A stretch of 64,000 nt of DNA from the human T2T-CHM13v2.0 reference genome, Homo sapiens. Positions within the stretch are counted from its first letter, which is position 1. Each line of letters starts with the position of its first letter. Below the pieces are notes generated by a model. The model worked only from the letters and a program-made list of their open reading frames with translations. It searched no databases and was not told the DNA's origin. The stretch is from assembly GCF_009914755.1 (NCBI RefSeq), contig NC_060930.1; one strand, given 5' to 3'. This document shows, one piece after another, positions 14,700 through 27,310 of this stretch. Both the position numbers and the translations under genes were made by a program.

Positions 14700-17620
14700 A
14701 GAAGTGATCCCACCAATGTATGAGGACCACCTCCAGGTATCAATGGTAGCTATTAAATCATGAGGTCTGTGAGAGTGGCTTTATAGTTAAAAAAAAAAAA
14801 TTCTAGTATCCACTTTTATATTCTGCCCTCTCCATTTCCATATTCCCAAGATCTGTTCCCAGATACATTCTCCAGGGTCCTAACAGAAAATGTTAATTTT
14901 AGTTAATTTTTAGTTAATTCCCTAAGATACTGTACTTTCCCAGTTGGACTGCATGACATTCTGCTAAACATCACATTGGTCCATGACACACACAACATCA
15001 CATTAATCAGAAGTGTAAGCAGAAACTTTCATGTATTCTTTACATCATGGTAAGCCACATGTGTAGCAGAGAGTGGCAAATAAATGCTAAAAGCATTCAA
15101 GTGCCTGCCACATTGTTGAAATATTTAGCAATCCTGTACTATGAGACATGCTAAGACATTCTCTCTGTTCCAATTATCCATTGCTGCATATTAAACCACT
15201 TTTTAACTTAGAAAAACAACCATCATTTATTTTGTTCATGAATATGAAATTCAGGCAGGAAATAGCCAGAACAGCTTATCTCTGCTCCATGTAGCATCAC
15301 CTTGGGCTGGAAGCTCACTCACATGGCTATCAAGTTTAGGCTGCTGATTGACTGTGAACTCAGCTGAAATTGTCAGCTGTAGATTTTGGTTCCTTTTCAC
15401 ATGGAGCTCTCCTTGAGGCTTCTTGGGATTTCTCATAACATGTCAACTAGATTCCAATAGCAGTTGTCTCAAGAGGCCTGGGAAAAAAACTACAAGACTA
15501 CTTATCACTTGGCGTCAAAAGCCCCATCTTTCTGCTGCATTACATTGATTAAATAAGTAACTAAGTCCAGCCCAAATTCAAAAGAAAGACAATTTGATTC
15601 AATCTCTAAATGAAAGGAATAGCGAAAAAAGTTGCAGCTTTTTAAAAGCTACCGTATCATCCATGGGAAGTGAGAAATGATTGCACTTTGAAACACCTAC
15701 AACTAAAAAAGCAATAGAGCATTTAGTAGACCTCTTTAGACTTTGGAAATTGCACATTCAACACCTTGAAATACTGCTCCATCTCATTTATTGGATGACT
15801 TGAAGGGATATAAGTTTTGAGTGGAGCCCACTGCAAAAATAATTTCTCTAACATGTTCAAAACACAATACAAGCACACCTGTCCCTTGGTACATGTAACC
15901 CAGAAGATCGCCTGGCTCTAAAGTTATTTGTGTTAGATAAGAACTTATGTGCAGTTTCTGACAAGCCCTATATAGAGAGTTGCATCATGGATCTCCAAGA
16001 TCCTGGAGCAAAGCTGTCTGCAACAGAGATCTACTCACCATTAGCAAAGCAACTGCTACATGTTATATGGCCCTAGCAAAGGCTGATATCCTGACCATAA
16101 AAGATGTTAAGTGATAATGTAACTAGCACCACCTTTAATAAGCTGGTTACATTCAGATCGACCAAATTATATAATTGAAATGGCATATTCAAGGTAAGGC
16201 ATGAGATGTTCTAAGGGCACAAGACTGCCTTCTTACCTCTGTCATGTCAGCATCTGTTAGCTTACACCTACATTTTAAGAAAGTTCCTCATAATTGGCCA
16301 ATAGAGAGGGAAAAAACCTTAGGCTTTGTTCATGGATGAGTCATAATAGTTTCAGTGAGTAAAATATGGACTGCTTTCACGTTACATTTTCTCTCGGGGT
16401 AGCCCTTGACAGACAATGGTGAGGAGAAATCTTCCATGTTGGCAGAACTTTTAACAGGACACCTGGACACTTTCCTCAAGGAATAATGTATAGCGGACAG
16501 TGGTAAATGACTTTGCTGGTTGGTAAGAGCAACTAGCAATATTGGAAGATTAGAGAAAAAGGGTTCTAGATGACTCATCAAGGGAAGCTCAGTCAGCCTC
16601 TGTACTCATACACTCCAGTGCCTGAGCACGGAACTCAAAAATAAAAAAGCTATGGTGTCATAATAAAAATGCACATGGGCCAAATAGCATGGGCTCCCTC
16701 GTGCTAATCAGTACTATGTACTGCTGCTACTGAATATCAGATCTGTCAAAAGCAGAGATCAATGTTGAGCACTTGACGGATGATGGTACCATCCACCAAA
16801 GAGACCAACTAGCCACTTGGAGGCAAGTTGAAAACATCAGACCACTTACCTACTAAAAGGAGTAGTGATTTGCCCCGACTTGAATTATTCTTGGCATAGA
16901 ACTCTCTGTCTTTCCCACAGCATCTTGCAAAGCACCACCACTCAAAGGTTCATAAATCTTGAAAAACATCTCCTAGGACCAAGGGTCACACTTTTAGAAG
17001 GAGGGGTGACAATGATAAATAACCAAGGAATGTACTGTTTCTACCATACATCATGTGGTCTCCTGAGGGCAGAGCTAAGCACCAACTTGGAAGTGACATC
17101 TCTGAGATGGGGACATTGTCCTTCAAGGCTTCAAGGTAAAGTATATTATTTAACTAATGGCCATTATATAAGACTGTGTACTTAGCAGTTAGAAAACATG
17201 AGTCTGGGACTGAAATGGTGAAATTAGGATTAGCATTTCTAATTATAATTTGCAGTTATCTGTGGGAGAATTAGTGATTTCATTACTACAACTTTAGGCT
17301 TTTCTGGACTAAAGGTCCCAGTTCCTGGAGTAGGGGTGGGGAAAGCTATTCTACCAGCATCCTTGTTAAAGGTTCCACCAAATCCAAACTGAGCAGCTGC
17401 ATGGTCATTTTGGGATCTTCATGCTGGCAGACTGGCAGACAAAGAAAGGAGTTACTATACTGACAAGAGCCATTGATTATTGGTCCCTAGTGTTCATGAT
17501 GCTATAATGTGCTGCTACCTAATGAAGACAAGAGGTAAATGACTTCGTTCCTTCTGGAAATTTAGAGGATTCACTGGAACACATCATATTGCTTCTACAT
17601 AGTGATTACCCAAGAGGGAA
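14700..17620 (+). mobile_element. Highly decayed ERV-L (class III) internal region: pol and dUTPase remnants, no flanking LTRs seen
   Basis: Degenerate ERV-L pol motifs: 'catttagtagacctctttagactttgg...cacattcaacacctt' (LVGLFGFWRQHIPHL-like), 'tttgagtggagccca' (FEWGP-like), 'tggaggcaagttgaaaacatcagacc' (WQVDYIGP-like), and dUTPase-like 'ggtcattttggg' and 'aagaaaggagttactatactg'. Confidence 0.65.
15165..15655 (-). mobile_element. MLT1 (G/H/J-like) LTR inserted in the ERV-L remnant
   Basis: 'tatccattgctgcatattaaaccac...aaaacaaccatcatttattttgttcatg'. Confidence 0.6.
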
Positions 17621-18179
17621 AAGCAACTTTACTATTGTACTATTCCTTTGTCCAAAATATTTTAAGAATGTACATGGCTCTTATTATTGTAATTCAAAAA
17701 CATATTTCATAGATGTTTAATGATGACGGTGTATATTAAACTTAATTCGTATGTTTCCCTAGATATAAAAATTTCTTACTACATCTATTATAAGTTTATT
17801 CATTTTAACAACCACAACAAGACTTGATTTGATTGACCTTTTACTAATATTTCTGTAACTGTCACAGCAGATAATATAAAGTGTAATCTAACATAATCTG
17901 TTTTTTATTTCGCTGCTTCTAAGAATCGCATCTTATCTTGAAGTTTTCAACCATGGTTTAATACACAGTAACTTATTGGAAGCCTCAATTGGTTTCCTGT
18001 TGTCTATTAATAATTAAAATGAATTGAAAGAATGTCTGAATTTGTTTTAACCTAATGTTGTTGTGCAACTATTTGCTTTCACAGAAAACAAACAGGGAAG
18101 CCACAGGAAAATAAATTATTCATTGAGCAATTAATTATGTAGTCCATTGTGATAACTCTTATACACTTATTTAAAGCTG

Positions 18180-18385
18180 ATGAGTTACATTCAAATCCCA
18201 GCTCTGATATGTAATAGCTATATGATTTTGATGAGTTACTTATCTTTTTCTGAGATTTAATTCCCCCATTTGTAAAAATGACAACATGAAACCAAGCAAC
18301 TATTTTAAGTAGTAAATGTAGTAATGTATGTGAAAGCACTTAACATACTGTCTGAGGATAGGCCATCAATAAATATCTACTTGTT
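18180..18385 (+). mobile_element. MIR SINE
   Basis: 'ttcaaatcccagctctg...cccatttgtaaaaatg...tgtgaaagcacttaaca...tcaataaatat'. Confidence 0.7.
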
Positions 18386-18791
18386 TCTTTCCTATTTAAC
18401 TGCCTTTCTGTCACTCTTCTTTCTATTTTTCCAACTTTCTTCTGTGCAATTTAAATTTTGTTAATTATGGGAACTTATATACATAGGTAATAGATGAAAT
18501 AACAAATGACCATCATTATCTAGATATATCATATATAACATATATAACTATATTTATATGTACATATGCAAAATGAGGTTAAATATGTATATGGATATGT
18601 CCAAACTTGACATCATCTTGATATTTTGTCTTTTTCCCTGTGAAGTCAATCAACAGACACATATCTTATTTCTTTAAATAGCATGCTACACACTACACAG
18701 AACGTAACTTTTCTGCATCTCTGGGACACCAAATCTTGAAGAAAAAACAATACATCACTGCAAAAATATGCTTTTATTTTTAGTTAACCCT

Positions 18792-19669
18792 TGTATTTAT
18801 TTGCTAGAGCTGCCATAAAAATGTACCACAGACTGGCTGATTTAAATAGCAAAAGTATATTTTTTTCACAGTTTTGCAGACTAGAAGTTCAAAATTAAAA
18901 TCATCAGAGTTGGTTTCTTTTGAAGGCCATGAGGGAAAATTCATTCCATTTCCCTTCTTGGCTTACAGATGGCTGTCTTCTTCCTGTGTCTTCACATCAT
19001 CTTCCCTCTCTAGGTATGTATACAGATACATATGTATCGGCATCCAAATTTCCTCTTCTTATAAGGACACCAGTCTTATTGGTTTACGGCCCACTTAAAT
19101 GACCTCAATTTAACTTAATCACCTTTGTATATATCCTTATCTCCAGATCAGTCACATTCTATGGTACTGGAGGGTTATTACTTCCACATGAAATTTTTAG
19201 GTGTGAACAAAAGTTCTCTGAAAAAGAATCTGGAGGAAAGAGACTTTTTTTCACAGTGAATACTTTGCACAACAGCCTTCAGTATAAAAGGAAGGTGCAT
19301 TCCACAGATGATGAACAAAAAGAGGGTTCAGGTTTTATAGCGAAAGTTCTTTCCCAGGTTCCCAACCAGGTCTGTTTATGCAAACGAAGAATGCAAGTGC
19401 TTAGCTCTAACTAGTAAATGCAGCTGACTTCTGACTGGTTGATGCAGCTGAGTACTGATTGGCCAAAGCCAGTGAACTCTAAAAGTCCCAAGGTTAAAAC
19501 GGTGTGGGATTTAGGGGAGCTCAGAGTATGTCTGTGACCTCTACTTGGCAAATGGGCAATTAACTCTGTTTTAAATTTAGGCCTAGTTACCACTGAGGAT
19601 CCATCTTGAAGGATTGGCTCTTTCAGGTTCACCTTTGTTCACACAAGAAACACTATTCTGCTCAAAACA
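18792..19669 (-). mobile_element. MLT1B/C-like LTR interrupted by an ERV1 LTR
   Basis: 'tgtatttatttgctagagctgccataaaaatgtaccacagactgg' ... 'cttataaggacaccagtc'; the terminal ~25 bp resume after 19643. Confidence 0.7.
19202..19643 (-). mobile_element. ERV1 solo LTR (MER67-like)
   Basis: Termini TGTGAACAAA...TTTGTTCACA; 'ggatccatcttgaaggattggctctttcaggttcac'; CCAAT-box-like ATTGG motifs. Confidence 0.65.
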
Positions 19670-21577
19670 ACTCAGAGGCCTCCAGCAACCTTTTCTATCT
19701 CATTTATCAACTTCTTATCCCATTCCTATAATAACAATTGCAACCATACTCAATATCCCAAAACTAACAGAAAACAGCTAGGCTATCAGAAGTTACCTTC
19801 TTCAGCATTCGTACCTACAAACTTATCTAAAGCTGAATCCACTCTCCCTTATTTCTCCTGTTCTCAAAAACGTTGCCTTTCTATGGAAGGTTCATTCCTC
19901 CTCCTATGCTCATTATCTGACTTTTCACACTCTCATGCCAAGACATGCTCCACTGGTACTCCGTTTCTTGCTTTTGTAACTTTTTCCCTCTTGTTGGCTC
20001 CTTGTGATCACCCGTCTATGCACAACAACATAGACTCTCTTGACTCTTTGATCCTGCCTCTCTTCTGTCCAAAGCAAAGCACCTAGAAGGAACAGTTTAC
20101 ACTTACGACTACCGTCTGTCTTCCCAGCCCACAATTACCTTTTAGTGCACTGTGGAACTTCTGCCACAATTTCACCACTGATACCTCCCTGGAAAAGTTT
20201 ACCATGGACACCTAATCATTAAGTTCAGTGAGTCGTTTAATGACTTCATTGTATTTTTTCAACCTTAAGCATATGACAATATTGGTAACTCTTTTTCTCC
20301 ATAGAGGCCTTTGTTCACTCCTTTCCTTCAAGGTTCTTAAGTGTTATAACTTCTGTGAAGAATTTCTAACATGCACATACCTTACCTTCGTGTCTAAGGA
20401 AGAGTAACTACACCAGTTCTTCTGTACCACCATTCATCTTTTTCAAATCTCACCTCTAACTCTGGCACACTTGTTCATCTACTAACGTGCACAATCCTTG
20501 AGGCAAGTGATCATGTATTACTTAGTAATTATGACTTTGTTTTATGGTGCTAGTCACCTAGCAGATAATAAATGAATATTTGTTGATTATAGTGAATTAA
20601 AATACCCTTGTGGCCATTAATTCCAACATCTGTGCAATGAAGGACTCTTTTCAACATTGTCCCATGGAGATGATCATTTATCCAATGCTTGAAGACTTTT
20701 TCCTATATATCTCATTTCTTTCCATTAGATTTCAATAAGTTGAAATACTACTCTCAACATATTCTTATGTGGAGAATTCACAACCAGGGTATCATGACTA
20801 AGCCTAAATAGGAATTGTTGTAAAAGGAATATTGGAAAAGAAGAGTCCCAATAAGAGGTTTATTAGAATTAGGAGGAAAGTAAATACCATATATGATAGA
20901 AATGCAAGAAATATAACATATACATATTTAGCTTATGTATTAATTCATCTTCCCCAAAGACATGATTTCACTCACTCATTTAATCTTTACAAGAAGAAAC
21001 AAACATAGATAGTTTAAGCTTATAGGAGTTTGATATTAAAACATATACAAGTAAACCCTGTGTGGGCAATTAGGAACACTTTAGACTTTTCCATTCATTC
21101 GTCATTCACTACTATGCATCTGAACTTAGGAAAAATAGCTTGAATGCCCAGACATCTGTGTATAAACTTTACTTTTGTTGCTTTTGTCATGGGCCTTCAA
21201 TTTAATATCTCACACACTAAGAGATGTGTACATGTTGTAAACATAAGTTAAGGAATTTTCAAGTGTAATTTTATCTTATTTCAACTAGGCTCACTTCCAA
21301 CCTTTTGCTACCTTGAGAATCTAAACCACCAGGTAAGATGTTATGTGAGAAATTCTTGAGAAGACTGGGAGAGTTAAGACTAAAGATAAATATTAGAAGA
21401 AAAATAATGAGTACACTGAAATATTTAAGGCATATCAAATCATACTCTGGAGATCCAGGAATTAGAATTGGAATAAATATGTGAAAGTTACAAGGACACA
21501 TACACATCTCAACTTTACAAAAAGAAGGAGAGTCAATAGGGTAAAACTTAACCTTGTTATAGTGGTGGAACTGAGCT

Positions 21578-21650
21578 ATATATACATAAAATTTTATATA
21601 TATATAATATATAATTATATATTATATATATACACACACACATACATATT
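21578..21650. repeat. (TA)n-rich low-complexity tract
   Basis: Seen directly. Confidence 0.85.
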
Positions 21651-21669
21651 TTTTTCTTCATTTCCCACC

Positions 21670-22136
21670 TTACTCTATCTTTCTCAATGCCCTGGAGACA
21701 ACTCTAAATGGCTGAAAGCAGCACAAGCTTCTTTGCCCATTGGATTCCTGGGTTCTGCCAATTAGGATATGAGCAAGAGAACAAAAGGTGGAAGGATAAT
21801 GAGATCAGAATATTTATACTCCGCTCCCCACCTTGTGGAGAGGGGAAGAGACCACTGTGGGATTTCTTATCTGAAGGTCACAGCTGCGACCTTCAGATTG
21901 CAGGTAGCCCTCTCTGCGCAGGCCTCTGTTTCTAATTCTGGGTGCTTCCTCTCCTTGCCACTTGCAGGCTTGGGGGATTAGTGCTTTATTTGGTACAAGC
22001 CCAAAGATATTGTGCTATTCAACATGATTTCTTTACACTCTATCCGCACCTTATAAATAGTCCTCTATTTCTAACTGCTCAAAGTGTCCCAAATTGTGTA
22101 TCCCATATGTTTCCTACTGTGACATTGATTCATATA
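21670..22136 (+). mobile_element. Old ERVL-type LTR (LTR33/LTR16-like)
   Basis: 3' end 'tgtttcctactgtgacattgattcatata' resembles old ERVL LTR ends; weak similarity. Confidence 0.4.
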
Positions 22137-24137
22137 GGAACTCTTCGAAATTTCACTAATGCCAAGACCTTCACTCCAAAAAGAAAATTTTAAAAAATAA
22201 CACAGATTCACAACTCTCTATTCATGGATCTAGCCGAGATGATGCATTCATAAATATACAAATGATTTAGATAGCATTTTGCAGCTTTAAACAGAAAGAT
22301 GTTTTGTCCAGTTGATTTCAGCAAACAAGGAAATTAATATGAAGTCAGATAATATCAACTAATCTAAGAGTCATACACAATACAGCCTCTTTCAGAGTAT
22401 CTGATGGGTGAATCATTGTTCACATGAAAAGCAAAAGATAAAATGTAATTCTCTCAAGTTTTTTTACCTTGGCTGATATTTCTGGCCTTTCCAGCTACTA
22501 AATGGTTTCAGTTATACTTGGAAAGCTCTTCTGCCATGGCTTTTCAAAACCCATTTAGAATCTTTTGACAAGTGTAAATTTGATTCAATAGATTCTACTC
22601 TAATAAAAAGATAATCTTACTTTTTTTGCTTGTACTTTTAGAATACATATTCATTACTTGATATTATCTCTTCATAGCCATGCAGCAGATATAATGCTAA
22701 AAGCAACACAATGAGTGAGCAGAGGCTTGAGATGAACCTAGCGCTAGCAGAATGCGGAAGAACATTTTGAGACAGCATCAGAATGGAGGGCGGTCTTGCC
22801 TTGCCACTCACAGTGATTGCAAAAGGGATATGCTATTGTTAAAACTGATTCCATGACAGGAAAAGCAGCTTTAGTGTCATTATAAGATATGGTCTCTTCT
22901 CAAGAAATGAGAATGAATGCTAAGACAGGAAAGCTAATGACAAATGAAATGCTTGTAGGTATCCAAGCCAGGCCAGCAGTAAGATTGTGAAGTAGGTGAA
23001 CTTTATATCTTACTTCTTGCCATATCTCCTATGAAGATCTGAGATTCTTCACTGAGCCTTTTTTAATACTCCAATCTGACTAATATTTGCTTTGCTTGTG
23101 CTACACTTTCAAAGCTAATTTCTTTAGCATTTAAACTTATCCCTTGGGTTTCAGCTGGTAAAGGAGTAGCGAGTACATTTACATTTTATTACAGATTATT
23201 AAGATAAACATCCTTGATACACCCACAAAAATTCATTAAAATATTTTATAGAGTAGTGTGTACTACCAACCTTGTGCAAGGCCACACATTTCTACACAGA
23301 ATTCCATACATTGCTATGTAGAATTCTACTTCTATAGTTCTATAGAATATTAAAAAGCTTTCTTCGAATCCCTCATCCACCGAACTTCATCACACATCTC
23401 AAGTTAATTTGAGTAACATTTAATGAAACATATTTCAAAAGCTACAATGAAAATTCAAGAGAAGAACTTTACTAACAATACTTAAACACTAAAAAGTAAA
23501 AGCCACATTTTAGAAAAGCAAGGAAAACAATTTTTCAAGCTGTCTCCATCCTACAGAAGGATACTAGGTAGCAACACACTTGACTGATTCTATCCTGTAA
23601 TCGTGCAAAATTTACACAATTGTGCTGTCAAATTTCTGCTTCTTCCTAGAAAATCCTATGAGGTTAAGACTTTGAAGAAAGGAATTTGAGAAAGTTTTTA
23701 TTATTCTTTATTTTTAATAAATTTTCAATATACAAATATGTTTTAACCAGACAGTGAGCAAGGTATTACAGGCCAAAAGAGTTTGCATTCAGTAAGAATG
23801 TAGAAAGAACTATAAATAACTATAGAGTAATATAATTTGTTACAAGTGCTTCAAGATTGTACAAAGTGCTATAAGATACCAAAAGAAGTGGGGGAACATT
23901 CAAAGAAAAGAGATAAATACACAACTACATTTTCCTCTTCATTAAATACCCTCTAATTATGTACAACACTTCAAAACAAGAAAAACATACCGTGTTCTAA
24001 CAAAATTAGCCATTTATAGTATTGTGATTTTCACAAGTCTGATATTTTTTCCATATTATCAATTAGTAGATTTAATTAGTAAAAATGATTGACTCCTGTC
24101 TGCTGTACAATCACCAGTGAATTAATTTATTTCATGA

Positions 24138-25314
24138 TGATATGGTTTGGCTGTGTCCCCACCCAAATCTCATCTTGAATAGTAGCTCCCATAATTGCAT
24201 GTGGTGTTGCACCTGCGAGTGCACAGACGTCAAGAATTGAGGTTTGGGAATCTCTGCCTAGATTTCTGAGGATGTATGGAAAGTCCTGGATATCCAGGCA
24301 GAGGTGTAGTGCAGGGGTGGGAACTTCATGAAGAACCTCTGCTAGGGCAGTGCAGAAGCAAAATTTGGGGTAGAAGCCCCCACACAGAGTCCCAACTGGG
24401 GCACTGCCTAGCAGAGCTATGAGAAGAAGGCCGCCATCCTCCAGACCCCAGAATGGTAGCTCCACTAACAGCTTGCACCACGTGCCTGAAAAGCCACAGA
24501 CACTCAACACCAGCCAGTGAAAGCAGCCAGGAGGGTGGATCCAACCTGTGAAGCCACAGAGACAGAGCTGCCCTAGACCATGGGAACTCACCTCTTGCAT
24601 CAGCGTGACCTGGATGAGACAGGAGTCAAAAGAGATAATTTTGGAACTTTAAGGTTTGATGACTGCCCTATTGGATTTTGGACTTGGATGGGGCCTGTAG
24701 CCCTTTTGTTTTGGACAATTTCTCCCATTTGGAATGGCTGTATTTACCCAATGCCTGTACCCCCATTGTATCTGGGAAGTAACTAACTTACTTTTGATTT
24801 TACAGGCTCATAGGCAGATGGACTTGTCTTGTCTCAGATGAGACTTTGGACTCTGGACTTTTGAGTTAATGCCGAAATGAGTTAAGACTTTGGGAGACTG
24901 TTGGGAAAGTATGGTTGGTTTTGAAATATGAGGGCATGAGATTTCAGAGGAGCCAGAGATGGAATTATATGGTTTGGCTGCGTCCCCACCCAAATAACAT
25001 CTTGAATTGTAGCTCCTATAATTCCTGTGTGTTGTGGGAGGGACCTGGTGGGAGGTAATAGAATCATGAAGGTAGGTCTTTCCCATGTGGCTCTTGTGAC
25101 AGTAAGTCTCAGAAGATCTGATGCTTTCATAAAGGGGAGTTCCCCTGCACATGTGCTCTTTTTCTCTCTCTTGCCTGCTTCCATGCAAGACATGACTTTG
25201 CTTCTCCTTTGCCTTCCTCCATGACTGTGAGGAATCCCCAGCCATGTAATTTCCTTTATAAATTACCGAGTCTTGGGTATGTCTTTATTAGCAGTGTGAG
25301 CACAGACTAATACA
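24138..25314 (+). mobile_element. THE1 (THE1B/C-like) MaLR element with a large 5' internal deletion
   Basis: Starts TGATATGGTTTGGCTGTGTCCCCACCC, jumps into internal sequence after ~60 bp, and has a complete 3' LTR at 24965-25314. 5-bp TSD CATGA at 24133-24137 and 25315-25319. Confidence 0.9.
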
Positions 25315-27134
25315 CATGATTCCTAAGAATTCCTTAAATAACAGGGTACCACGAAGTAAATTACTAAATTCACATCAATGCTGAAATGTTATTAGTCAGA
25401 TCCTAAGTTGGGAGATAAAATGAATATATTATTTTATTCTGGTTCTTTTATCTAACATTATTCTCTCATTTCAATCTAGATAAAGTTTCTTCTATCTATG
25501 AAAATAAAACGTTTGTTTCCCAGAATCATTATGTGAATTTTATTTTCAAGATGCTTTCATGGGGCTACATATTTGTTTCCTGATTAGTTTCTATTCACTT
25601 TCTTCACCCAGGTTAAGATATTGAGGCGGCAGGGGAAGGAGGGGATGCAGATGGAGGTGGGTCAGCTCACTTGCTTCTGCTTTAGTTCTCAGGGGTAATG
25701 ATTCTGTCATGTTCAAAATATTTATTTGTCAAATCTTATAGTGAAAAAAGAAATACTAATGGGTAGAACAACACGAGAGCTAAGTTATTGACTCACTCCT
25801 CCCCACAACAGTATCCTACCAGGACAAATCTTTGGACATCTCTGTATATCAGTTTTAGCATTTGTATGTGGGAGTGAAAGTATCATCTCTCTGTATCTCA
25901 CTGGCTTGCTTTGATGATAATGTGCTTGTGGGGAATGCTATATAAGAAGTCTGCATGAGACAATGTCAGGGAAGACAAGTAAGAGGTGTTATTGTTGCTT
26001 CCCAGAAAGAAGTGTTTGCTTCATTCATCAGTTAAGAAACAGCCAATGCTCGTATAAACATAAAAACAAATCTTAAGAAAATATAGCATGACTGGAAATG
26101 TGTTTCTAAGGCAGTGCTGGAAAATTAGCCCAGTGACTTCAAACAGGAATATATACAAGTCTAAGAATTTTTATAACTATAAGAAAACAAAGACTTACTT
26201 AAACAGGATGAACCCCAGAATTGAGTAAATACCCCTAGAAAGCCCTACTCAGGGAAAATGGAGACTGGGCTTAAACCCTAGAGAGAGCGATTTCTATTCC
26301 AAAGTTTAGAGCAAGGACTCAGATTCAATATGTATCTAAGATAAAAGGTAAGGGAAAAATGGTTTCTCTGCCCTTGATGCATGAATAAAAACCGTTTTCA
26401 TTTACCTTATACATTGAGAAACTGAATCATTCACCTTCCAGGGCCCTTTGCCCTTCCCAGGGCTCTTCTTCCTGAGCCCCTGCCATTTATTATAATGTGT
26501 TGCTTATAACAAGATTTTGTTATTTTGTATGATCTTAGATACATATGAGGACATGGATCTATATGTTTGGTAATCAAATTAATCATAATTCAATTATAGA
26601 TTGAAAAATTGAGCTCAGTAATTATTTTCCTCCTTGCTGATTTTAGTGACAGAGCAGCCAATCTAAAACAAAACAGTTGAAACTAAGTCAAATGTAAAAG
26701 ATACAGATTTCAATAAAGAGAAATTTTCTAGGAGATCAGAAAATCATGGTTCAAGAAAGCTAGCACAAAATCATTGTCTTGGATTTGCATAATTGATTTA
26801 AGTCCCAAAAAAATATCATCTGCCCTTACTAAGACTTTTGATTTAGACAGCTTTAGTTCACATCCTGACATTGTGGCTGTCTGGAGTGTACAATCTTGGA
26901 CAGCCTTCTTTGCATCAGTTGTTTCTATCTTCTAGAAATGTTTAAAAATAAAATAAAAGAATGTAAGCATAGTACTTAGCATAATATCTGGAACTTCAAC
27001 ATGAGGGAATTAGGGGCTAGATTTTAAAATTTCAATTGAAGTTAATTGACTAGAAAAGGAGGAGGATACTCCAGGTGAAATGAATCAGGTAAGAAAGGAT
27101 ATATGATGTCTGTTTCATGTTGGAACACTTATGA

Positions 27135-27310
27135 CAGTGGTTTTTAAATATGTAGAATATCAGAATCACCAAAGTATATTTTTGTTTAAAGATTCTGATT
27201 TGTGAGTTCCACCCTCAATGCTTTTGGTTCAGTAGCTATGGGATGCAACCTAGGATTCAATCTTCAGCAGCATGGGTATTCTGAACGTTGGCTACATTTG
27301 AGAACAACTG
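27135..27310. mobile_element. MER5A-like hAT DNA transposon (MITE)
   Basis: Terminal inverted repeats CAGTGGTTTTTAAA ... TTTGAGAACAACTG; internal 'atcagaatcacc'; ~175 bp long. Confidence 0.65.

Noticed and set aside
19202-19643. 10-11 bp terminal inverted repeat suggesting a DNA transposon
   Set aside because: TG...CA termini with short inverted repeats and CCAAT-like boxes fit a retroviral solo LTR (MER67-like).
23318-23350. Clustered short palindromes (TAGAATTCTA, TTCTATAGAA); also an 8-bp hairpin at ~13714-13738
   Set aside because: Short and AT-rich; could arise by chance or slippage, with no supporting context.
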